Positions 49,620 through 63,849 of a DNA stretch of 64,000 nucleotides are shown here, piece after piece. The position numbers and the translations under genes were made by a program. The stretch is from the human T2T-CHM13v2.0 reference genome, Homo sapiens, in NCBI RefSeq assembly GCF_009914755.1, contig NC_060929.1. One strand, given 5' to 3'. The notes beneath the pieces are model-generated. The model saw only the letters and a program-made list of their open reading frames with translations. It searched no databases and was not told the DNA's origin. Numbering within the stretch: the first letter of the stretch is position 1; each line of letters starts with the position of its first letter.

Positions 49620-51700
49620 CAAAACGGCAAGAGGAAGTCTTTATTTATCAATAATAACATTGAAAGTAAGTGGACTAAACTCTCCAATGAAAAGTCATAG
49701 AGTGGCTGAATGGATTTAAAAAAACACTGAAAGATCTGTTGCCTATAGGAAACACACTTCACCTATAAAGACACACATAGACTGAAAATAAAGGGATGGA
49801 AAGAGATATTTCATGCCATGGAAGCCATAAAAGAGCAGGAGTAGCAATTCCTACATTAGGTGAAATAGATTTTTAAGATAAAAACTATAAGAATAGACCA
49901 AGAAGGTCATTATATAATGTTAAAAGGGTCAATTCAACAAGAGGATATAACAATTATAAATCTATTTGCACCCAAAACTGGAGCACCCAGATATATAAAG
50001 TAAATATTTGATCTAAAGAAAGAGACAGACCCAATACAATAATAGCTGGGGACTTCAACACCCCAGTTTCAGCACTGGACAGATCTTCCAGACAGAAAAT
50101 TAACAAAAAAAAACATAGGACTTAATCTGCACTATAGACCAAATGAATCTAGTAGATATTTACAGAACATTTCATCCAATGGCTGCAGAATACACATTAT
50201 TTTTTTCAGCACCTAGATCATTCTCAAGGATGGACCTTTTTTGTTAGGTCACAAAACAAAACTTGAAACATTCAGAAAAATTGGAATAGTATCAAGCATC
50301 TTCTCTGACCACAATGGAATAAAACTTGAAATTAATAACAAGAATTTTGGAAACTATACAAACACATGGAAATTAAACAATACGCTCCTGAATGACCAGT
50401 GGATCAGTGAAGAAATTAAGAAGAAAACTGAAAAATTTCTTGAAACAAATAAGGGAAATGCAACATACCTATACCTATGAGTATAGCCATGGGATACAGC
50501 AAAAGCAATACTAAGAGGGAATTTTACAGCTTTAATCGCCTATATCAAAAAAGAAGAAAAATGTCAAAAAACAACCTAACAATGCATCTTAAAGAATTAC
50601 AAAAGCAAGAGCAAACCAAACCCAAACTTACTAGAAGAAAAGAAATAGTAAAGATCAGAGCATAAATAAATGAAATTGAAACAAAGAAAACAAAAGATCA
50701 ATGACACAAAATATTGGTTTTTCTGAAAAGATAAACAAAATTGACAAACCTTTAGCCAGACTGACAAAGAAAAAAGAGAGAAGACATACATTGGGGAAAA
50801 GATAGTCTCTTCAATACATGGCACTGAGAAAACTGGATATCCATATGCAGAAGAATGAAACTAGACACCTATCTCTCACCATATCAAATCAAAATTGATT
50901 AAAGGCTTAAATCTAATACCACAAACTATGAAACTACTAGGAGAAAACATTGGTGGAAAGTCTCCAGGACATTGGACTGAGCAAAACTTTCTTGAGTAAG
51001 CACAGGCAACCAAAGCAAAAATGGAAAAATGGGATCACACGAAGTTAAAAAGCTTCTGAACAGCAAAGAAAACTATCAACAAAGTGAAGAGACAACCCAC
51101 AGAATGGGAGAAAATATTTGCAAACTACCCATGTGATAAAGGGATTAATAACCAAAATATATAAGGAGGTCAAACAACTCTAGAGGAAAAAAATCTAATA
51201 ATCTGATTGAAAAATAGGCAAAAGATCTGAATAAACATTTCTCAAAAGAAGACTATACAAATGGCAAGCAGGTATATAAAAAGGTGCTCAACATCACTGA
51301 TCATCAGCGAAATGCAAATCAAAACTACAATGAGATACCACCTCACTCTAGTTAAGATGGCTTTTTTCCATAAGACAGGCAATAAATGCTGGCGAGGATG
51401 TGAAGAAAAGGAAACCCTAGTATACTGTTGGTAGGAATGTGAATTAGTGCAATCACTATGGATAACAGTTTGGAGGTTCCTCAAGAAACTAAAAATAGAG
51501 CTACACTATTATCCAGCAATTCTACTTCTAGGTATATAAAGGAGGAAATCAGTTAACTGAAGAGATATGTGCACTCTCATGTTTATTGCAGCATTATACA
51601 CAATAGCCAGGATTTGAAAGCAACCTAAGTGTCTATCGACAGATGAATGAACAAAGCAAACATGGTACATATACACAATGGAGTACTATTCAGCCATAAA
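49620..51700 (+). pseudogene. Disrupted L1 ORF2p (endonuclease and C-terminal remnants, RT domain missing)
   Basis: LSIITLKVSGLNSPMKSHRVAEWI and FSDHNGIKLEINN...TWKLNNTLLNDQWI (EN region); abrupt jump at about 50785 to C-terminal sequence. Confidence 0.85.
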
Positions 51701-52329
51701 AAGGAATGAGATCTTGTCATTTGCAACAACAAGGATGGTCATTACGTTAAGGGAAGTGGCTGGGCACAGAAAGACAAACTGCATGTTCTTGTTTGTGGGA
51801 GCTAAACATTAAAACAATTGAATGTATGGATATAGAGAATAGAAGGATGGTTACCAAAGGCTGGAAAGTGTTGTGAGGGGTTGGGGGGAAGTGGGGATGG
51901 TAAATAGGCACAAAAAAATGTTAGAAAGAATGAATAAGACCTAATATTTGCTAGAGCAAAAAGGTGACTATTGTCAAAAAAATTAATTGTACATTTAAAA
52001 TAACTAAAAGAGCATAATTGGATTGTAACACAAAGGATAAGTGCTTAAGATGATAGATACCCCATTTGTCCCCATGTGATTATTACACATTGCATGCCTG
52101 TATCAAAATATCTCATGTACCCAACAAATATATATACCTACTACACACCCACAAAATTAAAAATTAATTTTAAGAAATTTCACTAAATGCCTATCTGCCC
52201 AGGCACACACCCACTGGATCTAGATGCCCACATCAAGGGCAGGAGAGTCAGAGCAACCTAGGAGTTAAGACTACAAGTTAATTAACTGTGCCAAATCAAT
52301 GAATACTTTACCGGTAAACCTCATCCCAC

Positions 52330-52560
52330 CAACATTTAGAGAACATCAACTATGTATCAGAAAATACAGGTGGTTTCACATGGATTATCTCATTTAGTCC
52401 TCATCAGAAGTCTGGGAAGTAAGATGTGTTGTTCTCATTTTACCAATATGAAAAGCTGAGGTTCAGAGTTTTGACCACTGCCCCAGAGCATGTGGCTAGG
52501 ACACAGCCAGGCCAAGATTCAAAGCTACAATTCTGAATCCAAAATCTCTTGTCTTTCTCC
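52330..52560 (-). mobile_element. MIR
   Basis: attatctcatttagtcctcat...ctcattttaccaatatgaaaagctgaggttcagag. Confidence 0.75.
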
Positions 52561-52699
52561 TTTCACCCACATCTTCACTGTAGCATTCATTTCTGGCAGA
52601 AAGCCACAAATAAAATACAGGCCTCACTTAAGTATCTCAAAATTTTACAGGGAAAAGAGATATACCCATGCAACTACAGAAGTTAACATTCACAGAGTA

Positions 52700-53009
52700 A
52701 TGTTGTCCTTCAGTATCCATGAGGAATTTGTTCCAGGACCCTTGCAGATCCCAAAATCTACAGATGGTCAAGTCCCTGATATAATAAAATGATGTAGTGT
52801 TTGCATATAACCTCCATAATCCACCTGTTTGCTTTAAATCATCTCTAAATTACTTATGATACAATGTAAATGCCATGTAAATAGTTGTTATATTGTTTTT
52901 ATTTGTATTTTAACCATTGTACTTTTATTTTTGTTTTCTCTTTTAATATTTTTGATTCATGGTTGGTTGAATTGGGAATGCAGAACCCTTGGACCCACAG
53001 GCCTGACTG
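52700..53009 (+). mobile_element. MER2 (TcMar-Tigger MITE)
   Basis: cagtatccatgaggaatttgttccaggaccc...caagtccctgatata...tttgcatataacct...ctttaaatcatctcta...gactg followed by TA. Confidence 0.88.
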
Positions 53010-53083
53010 TACCTATGGTGTTCCAGGCACTGGACCAAGCACTCCACAAGCATTATCTAAAAGCAACCAAATGAAGCAGGTAC

Positions 53084-53261
53084 TGCTATGGACTGAATTC
53101 TGTCCCTCCCAAAATGTGTATGTTGAAGTCGCTGGCCCCTAATGTGATGATATTTGGAGATGGGGACTTTGGGCTATCAGGGTTAGATGACGGCATGAAG
53201 TAGAGCTACCATGATCACATCAGTGCTCTTATAAGAATAGGAGAGACACCAATGAGCCTGT

Positions 53262-53299
<38 letters not shown>

Positions 53300-53501
53300 G
53301 ACACTAACAGAAGGCCATGTGTAAACACTGTAAGAAGGCAAGTTGCCTGCAAGCCAGGAAGAGGCGCTCACCAGGAGCTAACTATGCTGCCTCCCTGATC
53401 TCAAGACTTTCAGCCTCCAGAACTATGAGAAAATAAATTTCTGTTATTTAAGCCACTCATTATATGGTATTTTGTTGTGGCAGCACAAGATGACTAATGC
53501 A
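53084..53501 (+). mobile_element. MLT1A-type solo LTR with internal (CT)n, inserted in a MIR
   Basis: tgctatggactgaattctgtccc...cagcctccagaactatgagaaaataaatttctgttatttaagccac...gactaatgca; TSD ggtac/ggtgc. Confidence 0.88.
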
Positions 53502-55649
53502 GGTGCTACCACTGTTATCATTTTAAAGATAAGGAAACTAAAGCTCAAAGAGGCTGTGAGACTCACCTGAGTGCACAGAATCATAGGCTGTGACTTGGGG
53601 CCTCCTGTGGGTGACTGCAAAGCCCTTATCCTTAATCACTGTGCTGTGAGACTATGCCCACAGTTAACCAGGTGAGAGACTGTCCCCATAGCAGGGATAT
53701 AAATACACATGTTCTAGGGGTTCCCAGTGGGGACAGTGTCCTATGGAGTGAACGGGAAGAGCCTCCAATGGAACTCAAACATAAGCAAGCCTTTGGAGAC
53801 AGCAAGCATCCTCGATGCACCCGAGACTACATGCTCATCACTGGACTGTGTCCTGACAATCTGCTCTTCTCCCATCACGCTCGCCTCTGAACTCACGCTC
53901 TTGTCTTGACAGCCTCCTATGACCCATATTCAATTCTACACACGTGGAAAGGCACATGGTCCTCTCTGCCACTCTTGCATATCTTTCTCCCTGATGGTGA
54001 GCTCCTTGGGGACCGAAAGGGGATCTTGCTCATATCTATGCCCCCACTGACTTCCATGGGCCTGATACAGAGCTGGCACTTGATCAACTTTTGCTGAGTT
54101 TAACTGAGAAGCGACCTTCTTGAAGCCACCACATGAAAGGGCCAGCCACGCTACCAATGTGGAGGATCAGGACCCAGCTGGTATTGTGGGCTCTGTAAAT
54201 GTCTGCTGGATCAAGGAAATTCCACCCACCAGTTTTAAGCAACTAAAAACCATTTATATGTAGATATCTTCAATTTATTCTCAGACCCAAGTAGTTGTTG
54301 GGAAAAAAAATTACAAATGACCAAAAGTAAAAATAATAATAATAAAGACAAGAGAGGAAATCCTCACGCTGGCACACGGTATGCATTCAATGACCGTTTT
54401 TTGACCTGCAGAACTCGTTTCCTATGAACAGATCCCACAACTAACAATTCCTACAAAGAGAAACTGATGCTAGTGTGAATTGCCATTCATATCTGACAGG
54501 GCAACATCAGTATCCTCGTACCTTTCTAATAAACATATGTTATATGTGTGCCTACAATATAAAGGTTACTGTGACTTAAAATTCCATTGAGAGTACCAGA
54601 GCAGCTGCTCCTGTCCTGTTCATCTTACATACGAAACCACCATGAACAATTTGCCTCTGTGGCCAGTGAATGGCCTGAGCACCTGGCCTTTGAATGCAGG
54701 TTGTCATACTTCACTTGAGTGAAATAGCTTTCTCAAGAAAGTCAACGATTATTTCATTTAAACCCCTTCCACCAAACAATGCAGCCCTGGCCCTCAACAC
54801 CCAACTCACAACATTTCTAAATCTTCCAGACAGACAAATAACAAAATAAGATTCTACCAAGTTTTAAAAAGATGGTCAGAATGGTTCTCAAGCTTAACCC
54901 ACAGAAAGTGCCTGATCCTGCAAGCTGGTTTATATGAAAACGCCAGTACTTTCCTGAGCCCCTCCATTCATTTTGATACCTCAGTGATGGCAGGATAATG
55001 AGGATTTGGAAAACAAGAATCACTTGGGTCTATCTCTCCATTAATAGACAGGGCTTGATATGGTGAGCGAAAGAGTCACAATGTTTCCAATCTATCTCAG
55101 TTGCCATGTAGAAAAACCAATTATCCAGAGGCCCCTCTCCCCTGCAGGAAGATGAGCTCTCTGTGCATCAATATTTCATGCACTGTCATCTGTGCATTAT
55201 TTAATAAAGCAATTGAAGGGATGAGTCTATTTTATTTTTCCACCTTCCCACCAGAGACACTAGGCCTACAGTGCACACAGTGCTAGAAGTTGGTGGGCAA
55301 TCCTAGAGATATATTTGCTGATTTTTTTGAGGCCAAGGTGCTGTTTCTAGTCTTAACTACACACTCCCAATGTCTAATACACTCCTTACCCCAGGGACAC
55401 CCAATCTGTGTCTGTGCTAATGGAGGTGAGCTCACTTCAGAATCCAGTAAGTGGGATGCAACTGATCACCAGGCATTTACTGAGTGCCATACTTGGGGGT
55501 ACAAAGCTTATAACCCAGGGTCCCTGCCTCCTGGAACCTAAAGGCTGTCTGCAAAGACAAGATGAAAATTCATGGACAGGCAAAAGACAGACTACAAACC
55601 AGCTAAGCACATGGTTGACCAGGACACAAGTGATGCACAGGGCCTGGCA

Positions 55650-56111
55650 TGTCAAGGGCACAGAAGATATCCGTCTTTTTTATCCCCTACCCAATATCTA
55701 ACTCCCTTTCTTCTTGCCCCCAATCTCCCATTGTGTATGGTGTTAGTGGGAATGCAGCTTCCATGATGCTTGCCTCTCATCTCATAAGTGAAGGTACCAG
55801 ATATTTCTTTTACCTGAGTCCTGGTATTGCTGTGGGCAGGTACATGGTCTGAACTCAACACGAGACCTCTTTCTTGGACCTCCAAGTCTTCAAGGAGTGA
55901 CTCAAAGAAAATCTCAAGATCAAATTCACTACAGCCAAGAAGGTAGCCCTTAGAGTTGACCTTTTCCAATGTATGGCCTTCAGCAGGGCCCTCAGATTCT
56001 GCTCATTGTCCTAGCCCCCTGGTAGTTCTGTGAACCTGTCATCGTAATAAATCAACTTTTTCTTAACCAGAGTTGGCTTCTGTTTCTTGCCACCAAGATG
56101 CTGACTGATCA
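55650..56111 (+). mobile_element. Old MaLR LTR (MLT1J-L-like)
   Basis: 3' end aataaatcaac...ccagagttggcttctgtttcttgccaccaagatgctgactgat. Confidence 0.55.
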
Positions 56112-58224
56112 AGCAATAAAGAATTGTTTGTTGAAATAGAGATTGAAGCTGTGATCCAATTGCTATTCCATTTCATCACCAGCAGCCTGAACATGTGCTT
56201 AGGGTACCAAAAATATTTTTCTAAGACTGTGATATTTCAAAAACAAAAACTAAACACCACCAAGCTGTGGACTAGAATGATGATAAACATCAGATACAAT
56301 ACAAATCGGTATTTCTTGAATTTATTTTGTAGTTCAGTATTGTTTTTAGTTTGAATGGCATATGAGGTCAGAACTTAAGGATCCTAAAAATTTCAGCCTA
56401 TCTCTGCTCAGTGTACAAATATCTTTGCATTTATCAAATCTCCTTAACCAGGGTAATGACTCCTTCAGGGAAAAGTCTGAGCAACACTTATCCTCCTAAA
56501 TGTCTAGCTTCTATATACCTGGCACCATCCATGCCTTAAACAGTTACTAAAATCTGTGTATCCTTGTTATCATTTAATCCTTGCAACAATGCCACGAAGT
56601 ATGTGTAATTACCATTTTATAATAAAAGGGATAGAGGTCCAGAAAGGAAAACTAGCGCTAACTTATGCAACTGATGAAAGGCAGAGCTGAGATCTGAACC
56701 TGCTTTAAGAAATTCACAAGCATCTGTGTCTAACCTAACCAAGTGATGTCACATCATGCTTACTCTCACATACATTATTGTGGTACTTCTCACATTTAAA
56801 TCAAGTGAGCAAGCCCAGGGAACAAGAGGAAGTTTAAGACATATCTAAGACAGCTCCCTGTTTCTGCCTAAGCTTTCCTTCTGGAAAGAGGGACTCTTTC
56901 TGCAACTTCAATGCAAGCACTTTTGTTGCTCATGCCAGGAGGTAACAATTGCACATCTAGCTGAAATCATTCCTTTCCAAGCTTAAACATACTTCTGTCC
57001 CCTCCACGGGGAAGAGACAAGCTGACCTAACTCAGTGGTAAAATTGGCTTTCATATGCTTCAAGACAATTACTAGATCTCCCTGCAGGCTTCTTTCCCTG
57101 AGGCTACAATTCCTAATTATTTTTCATACATGCCCTAATTTCCAGCTCCACAACCAAATCTGTTGCCCTCCTTTATACCATGTCCGAGCTGTCCTTTGCA
57201 GTCAGCGGTCCTGACACATGAGCAGTGCACCCCAGTGCCTGGGCTTGTCCATCCTCTCATTCTGGACTCAGGTGTCTGCATCCGTGGGGCAGAGATAAAA
57301 AGGATCATCCCAGAATGTGCAGGACAGTCCCCATTCCAAAAGGGAGCATTTGTCTTGATCAGATATTTTGTTCCAAAGCCAGTTCACTGGCAGGCCCAAG
57401 AACCCACAGGTTGGTATTGATCAGGGAAGAAACACTATTATGGTTTGGTGTCAGGGAAGTCCTGGCCCTTCACCAGACCCAGTGTTCTCTAATGAATGAC
57501 TGAGACAGAAAAGAGGGGTCCAGAACCCATGGGAAAGAGCGATGGCATAAAGGCACCATATGCCCCATGGAGCACCCCTCACTCTAGAAATAAAACCTTG
57601 CTAGAGGCCAAGGCCACCACCACCTTCTTGATGTTCTGTGTAGCATTACAGGCCCAAACCCATGTACCCGACCACCACACATCTTTGCAGAACCACTCTC
57701 ACTCATTCTGTAAAAATCTACAGTTCAGTCCTGCCCTCAAGGAGTTCACACAACTATAAAAAGAAAGGTGCCAAATGTCACAAGACAGAAAAATGACAAA
57801 TTACTATGGAAATGAGTTATGAAGAGGGAGAAATTACTACCTGCACCAGGCATGAAGCCTTGTGGAAAAGAGGGTGTTAGGAGTGGGCCTTGGAAAATGG
57901 GTAGTACAAGACATGTAGAAACCGTGGGTAGTAAAACCATGTGATCAAAGGACCAGAGGCCACCATTGAAGCACTGGTGGGTTGGATAGGTAGGAGGCCA
58001 GTGAGGCTTTTGAGTAAAATTGTGATATGATTAGAGCTGATTCAACCCCTTGATAAGTACAAAAGTTGTAGTCTATAATTAGCATTTAAGCTGCTTAGGG
58101 GCAAAGCATACAGTTGTGCCAGGGAATGGTACAGTAGGAGACTAATACATGTTGGTTATGATTTGATCTGCCAGTTCCTGGAATTGCTGGATTGTTCTAT
58201 TAAGTGTTATTGTCAGTCAATATA

Positions 58225-58445
58225 GCTTACTAGTTAAAAGCTCAGGCTTTGGGTTCTAATCCCAGCTTTACCATTTACTAGCTTTTTAACCTTGGATAAG
58301 TTACTTGGCTTTACTTGACCTCAGTTTATCTTTGAAGTAGAAAAATAATTATAGCTATCTCGCTTCTCACTAGGTTGTCAAATAACAAAGCAACCAATCC
58401 ATGTAAAGTGTTTTGCAGAGCACCTGGCATATAGAATGTACTCAG
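58225..58445 (+). mobile_element. MIR
   Basis: gggttctaatcccagctttaccatttactagc...accttggataagttactt...cctcagtttatc. Confidence 0.8.
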
Positions 58446-60739
58446 AAAAGCTCCTAAACCATCCCATCCAGCCCCACCAATCTCCACCACCATCCATTTA
58501 GACCTGTGCATGTGGGTACACCTCAGCACATGCAAATACATCTTTATGGCAAGCAACAGGCAGCGACTTCTTGGGGAAAATGCATAATTTGTTCAAATTT
58601 CACAATAAAAATTTATCTGCAATAATAGTAAAGGCAGGAGGCTTGCACTGCCCACATGTATTTTTGGCTATACTTATGCTAACTCTAATGCTACAGAAAG
58701 AAACTTCTAGACCTGGATATCAAACCCAGAGGAATGCCAACAATATAAACTTTTACTTTATCTTCCTAATGACTGAATTAATCTAAGGCAACAACCATTA
58801 AAACTACCAACCCTCTTGCTTACAAAAGCTCCTAAGATGAAAAGCACTGAGCAAATCCCACAGTGATGTTTTATTTGTCTTTAAGTAAGAAAGACCGTGT
58901 TCCTTAATCACACAAATGGCCGGTATATCCTCAACCCCCTTCAGCATTTGCCATCAAGGTCATCTTGAACAGGCTCACAGGTAGGCATTCTCTTGGCAGT
59001 GAACACAATAGCAAGGGGGTGGTGCCATGAGTTGGCAGATCCCCTAGAAGCAGGGAAGACTCTTGGATGTCCTGGAGGATATTTAGACCTTGCTAAAATA
59101 GACTTGAGATGTTCTAATGGAGAGACTCAGGATCCTGACAGGCTTCTAATGCTTACAAAAATCTCCCCCACCACAATGTGTGTGTGTGTGTGTGTAGGTA
59201 CATGTGTATATACACACGTATGTATATTTACCTTACTAGAAAGGTACATTTTATTCATCGGTAATTAAAAATGACTCTAAGAACCCGTCATACCTGTTAA
59301 GTCCTCAGAAAGATGAACCCTTCATCAGAAAAGGCAACAACTCAAATTGATGTTCTCATCAATACAAATCAACTGTAGGGGCCAGACAGGCTGAAGGCTG
59401 GCATGGATAGAAAAGAAAAATGATGCTAATAAACTGCATATGGAGCTAATAAGCGGTATCTAGTTGATGAAATGCAGCAACAATTGATGCCAAAAGAATC
59501 CTAAAGCCCTGGTTTCTCTTCTTATAATATTCTCCTAATTGGCATTTGTGGTGGTGGAGGTCTGGTCAGGGCAGGCAGAAGGGCAGTGACTAGGTCTGAG
59601 TACATAACAGTACAACTGTAATCCACTAATCCATTTGCTTTCTTTTTTTGAAAGTTCAGATCATGTCCTCCTCTGCCAGAAAAATTTCAGTAGCACCCAA
59701 AAACTGGGACTGTGCCTTACAGACAGGAGTAAATCCCTAGACACGAAAGGAATTAATTAACAGAAAATGGGATACAGTATGCTCAGGGAAAAGAGATGAA
59801 TGAATGGCCTCACAGAGCAGCATCTCCCCCTCAATAATGAATGCTGGGTGTACTTTTTTCTTAGTAGCTGCAGAAATTCCTCCCAGAGAAAATCTACCAC
59901 GTGAAGTTAAAGACAACATTTGCTTTCTTTGAAATCAGGGCAACTTCAGCCAGTGGGCAAATAGGTGTCCTGCAGTACAGGTCTGCTGGGGGACATCCCC
60001 AGGTTATCAAAGGCATCTTCAAAGGAGTCTGGGGTTGGAGGAGACCAGAGGCCCCTTCACTTAGAAAACAGCCCTTGGCAACAGCTGGGTTAAAGAGCTC
60101 AGGGAGTCCAGCTTGGGGACAGAGAAAGTGAGGGCAAGGGAAAACCAGAGAGGAAAGTACAAAAAAGAAGAGGTGGGAATCATGCAGTCGTGGCAAAGAG
60201 AAGATCAGATCAGAATACATGCTTCAGGAAAGGGGCTTCAGGAGGTTGGGGGGTGCTTGGAAAGGAGGAAAAGGAAAATGGAATTTTCTAAGACAACAAA
60301 GTTTAAAACTCCCTTTAACATTAACGCACATTAAAAAAAGTATTCCTCCGCAAAAATGCTGTTGGACTCAAAGATAAGAAGAAGGGGAGCCCCAAGCATT
60401 CACTTTGAAGAGTCTTTTTAAGAAGAAATGTCTTTGGTGTGATCCAGTCGAGAGAAATGAGGAGTGGGAGGGAAAGGAGATCTCTAGGGGAGAGGGGGTG
60501 GGGAAAGAGGGAATCAACCAAAAAGCTTTCCAAGTAGGGACTGAGAAATAAAGCTGGGGAAGTCCATGCCCTCCTGTCCTAAATAGAGGCAGTATAGCTA
60601 GGAAAAGGTGAGGACAAGGGAAATGGAAGGACCTCAAGGACCACATGTTGAGAGGAAAATGTGCCTGACACCGGCTTCCTTCAGGAAATCTCCTCCAAAG
60701 CCCTGGCAGGTGAGCAGAGAAAAGATGAATCTCTGAGGC

Positions 60740-60985
60740 AATTTCACCCCTAGCCCATCTCACCATCCAGATCAATGCAAGTGACACTTCCTCCAAGAAG
60801 CCTCCCAGATCATCCTGTTGCTTCACCAAGACACTGCCCTAAAATCGGCCAATACATTTGTTTGGTTATTTCACATTGATTCTCCTGCTAGAATGTGAGT
60901 TCCATGAGTGAGGGAAATGTGTCTGTTTAGCTCTCAATCCCCTGTGCTTGGCACATGGTAAACACATACTTTGTGGAACAAGGGA
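60740..60985 (+). mobile_element. L2 3' fragment
   Basis: cacttcctccaagaagcctccc...ctagaatgtgagttccatgagtgaggg...gtgcttggcacatggta. Confidence 0.75.
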
Positions 60986-61099
60986 TAGAATTTCCCAACA
61001 ATTCCAGTTCTCAGTTACATGAGTAGCACTGTTGGGGCAGCACCTTCTTAGCGGGCAAAAAGAGAAAGCCTCACATTTTTGATGTCTGGTAGGCACCGG

Positions 61100-61260
61100 G
61101 CATGCGATTGCAATCCATTCTTACAACTTCCCATGAGGAAGCATCTTTATCCACACCTTGCTTTTAAGGAGACCGAGGCTCAGAGAGGCCAAGTGACTTG
61201 ACATTTCACATGACTGAATACCAGAGCAAGAAGTGAACTCAAATGCTGAAGTTTCTTTCT
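61100..61260 (-). mobile_element. MIR
   Basis: aggagaccgaggctcagagaggccaagtgacttg. Confidence 0.7.
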
Positions 61261-62369
61261 CTACAGAGTCTGTGGGGGAAGAAGGGAAAACAAATGACAG
61301 AGTCTAGTACCAGCCCAACCAACTCCCCTTCCTCTGGGGCCACCCTCACACCAGTCCTGCACCCTCAAGTGAGAAGGGGGCAGAAATAAGAAATGAAGAT
61401 TTGTTCAGACTAAGACTGCCAGTGACCTGCATCTGGGCTGGCCCACCAGAGACACTTTGTTTATATGGCCCAGTAGAAGGCACATCCACAAGAGCAGTGA
61501 TCTTTTCTACCGTGTAAACCACTATATCCCCTGGGATAGGCTTAAGATAGTAGTACAGCATAACCTTAATAAATGGCTAAGAATCCCTCCACATCCCCAA
61601 GGACTAGCACAGTGCCTGGCCCAGAAGAGCAGGTACTTGGATAACAATGGTGTGTTGGGTAGGGAATGGTGACTTCCTCCGTTTCCAACCTGGCTAATAC
61701 ATGACTGACTACAGAGTATTTCTAAGGCCATTCAGCCTATTTAAACTCTGATGTTATTTTTCCTCCGACATCAAAAACAAGTTTTTATTACAAAAATAGG
61801 ACTGTGCAAAAAGGCAGAATCCATCCCCAGTCTGCTAAGAACCACATCTATAGTGGTTTAATAAAAATAAAGGGACTGGTTTCTACCCATATCCAGTGAA
61901 AAACAACAAAATATCTGTCCCCTTCTCCCAATTTGATCTAAAAATAAAGGCACCAGCTCTGAATTCCTCTGAGGGCATTTGATTTCAGGTCTGATTTTGT
62001 CTCACAAAAGGCACAGCCATTTGCTCTCCCTTAATAGGACATAATGCTACCAATTAGTTAACTTACACATTTAAGCTGTCACACAGGGTGAATTACAGGC
62101 TCCCAGGGCTGGCAGACCTTCAGAGGTCATCCAATTTCCCCTCTGCTTTATCAGACCACCCTAGGCACTTGGAAACCACTCTTTTCTTAGGGGAGGGGGT
62201 CCCATCACCCACTTACGACACCTTTTTGTTTAACCACCTTTTTGACCAAAAATTCCCCCCGGTAGCAGCCTCAATACTGCCTAGCATGACAACAGATTGT
62301 TTGCCTTGCTCTATCTCCAGCAGAGATTGAGGGGAACTCATTCCTGAGGTTGGGTAGCCAAGAGTATGA

Positions 62370-62520
62370 GGTATAAGACCTGCTCCAAGCCCCACCTAAT
62401 GACTTGCCAGTCATGAGACTTGGGGCAGTCCCCTGACTTCACTTAAAACAAAAATGGGGGGATTAATAAGACTGTCCCTACTACTTCCTGGGGCTTTTCT
62501 GAGGATTAAATGTAGATGAG
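62370..62520 (+). mobile_element. MIR
   Basis: tgagacttggggcagtc...aaaatgggggg...tgaggattaaatg. Confidence 0.6.
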
Positions 62521-62639
62521 GTCTTCTACCCCCTTGTGTCATGTGCTCCTTGAAGACCAGGCCCCAACCCCTCCTACCTTGCCACTGCACACATCACTGT
62601 GCCCTCACTGATGCCAGGCAACAGAGCGCCACAGGAGGT

Positions 62640-62800
62640 ATCTCCTTTCATCCTCAGAATAACACTACAATGTGACTGCTAGCATCTCAACCTTATAGTG
62701 AAAAGACTCAGAAAGGTTAAGCCACTTGCCTAAGGTCACACAGCCATTGAGTAGCTGAATGGGAATCTACCTGGATCTGGCAGAGGCAAGCATCCGGTTC
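62640..62800 (-). mobile_element. MIR
   Basis: gactcagaaaggttaagccacttgcctaaggtcacacagc. Confidence 0.75.
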
Positions 62801-63849
62801 TCCACCCCTCTAGCACCTGCCTCCTAATCATCTCTGTACCTACCTGCACGGCATGGCTGGCCAGGAGCACCAGGCACACAGCACATGCAAGCACTTGTTG
62901 AGCCAAGTGTAACATGTTTTGTACAGCAAAAAGATGCACATGTAAGATGCTAGTATTAATATTATGTTTTGTAAAATAATGTTTGTAACTCTACCCTCAG
63001 TGGGTTTAGATAAGGGGGTCATGACTGGGGTGGGGGTGGGTAGGTGACAAAGAAGAGATACTTGACTCTCTGAAGCATCAGACACATCACCTGAATTATC
63101 TTATTCCTCAATGGCTCTGAGCTATACATTAGTATCCCATTTCACAGGAGGGAACATGAAATTCAAAGAAATTTCCAGCTTCCTAAACTGAAACCAGTGA
63201 GTTCTAGTCCTCAAAGACCCTGCTACTAAGAGACTCAGGACTGACAATGACCTGTACCAGGGGGTCGTTTGATTCCTTGGGACAGTTCCGTTCACCACCC
63301 CAAGGACATCTCAGCTATGGCCAAGAACCCCCACTGTTTAGTTAAAAGAAAACCAGGTGAGCCAATTCTAGAATATTCAGGTCAGAGCTGTGAGGAGGCC
63401 TCATTTCCCCTCTTCAGTGTTTTCCTTCCCAGTCTCTGACAAACAGTCTCAAAATAGAAGCCCCCAGGGTTTAGGCATTGGGATAGTGGAACAACACAGA
63501 AAGGCCATGAAGGAGCTGTTCATTCACCTGGTCCTCACAATGAAAAAATGAAATGATGGGTGATAAGTGGATGGCTTGGCCAGCTTTGTCTTGGAATCGA
63601 ATCCAATCTTACACACATATCATGAGCTGCCTGTGAGGTTTTGGGCTGGGCACCAGGCAGAAAGATGGGGAATAAAGGTGACACCAAGATCATCAGTTCA
63701 AGGGCCTTCTAGTCTGGAGTTCCAATCTCACAAATGACTCTAACACCGGTCCTAAAACACCAAATGGGAAACAAGGATGCAGACTAACAGAAGTGAAAAC
63801 GCTCGATGGAAGGAATAGTATCAAGTTGGGCACCGAAGAACATACAAGA

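Larger units (their letters stand above)
46960..52170 (+). mobile_element. Long degenerate L1 (L1MA1-3-like): 5' UTR with monomer repeats, ORF1, ORF2 with large internal deletion, 3' UTR; antisense to SPOCK1
   Basis: ORF1 and ORF2 peptide remnants; L1MA-type tail gaatgaataagacc...ccatgtgattattacacattgcatgcctgtatcaaaatatctcatgtaccc...acccacaaaattaaaaatt. Confidence 0.92.

Noticed and set aside
46960-52170. Potentially active L1
   Set aside because: Many stops and frameshifts, RT domain deleted, old L1MA-type 3' UTR
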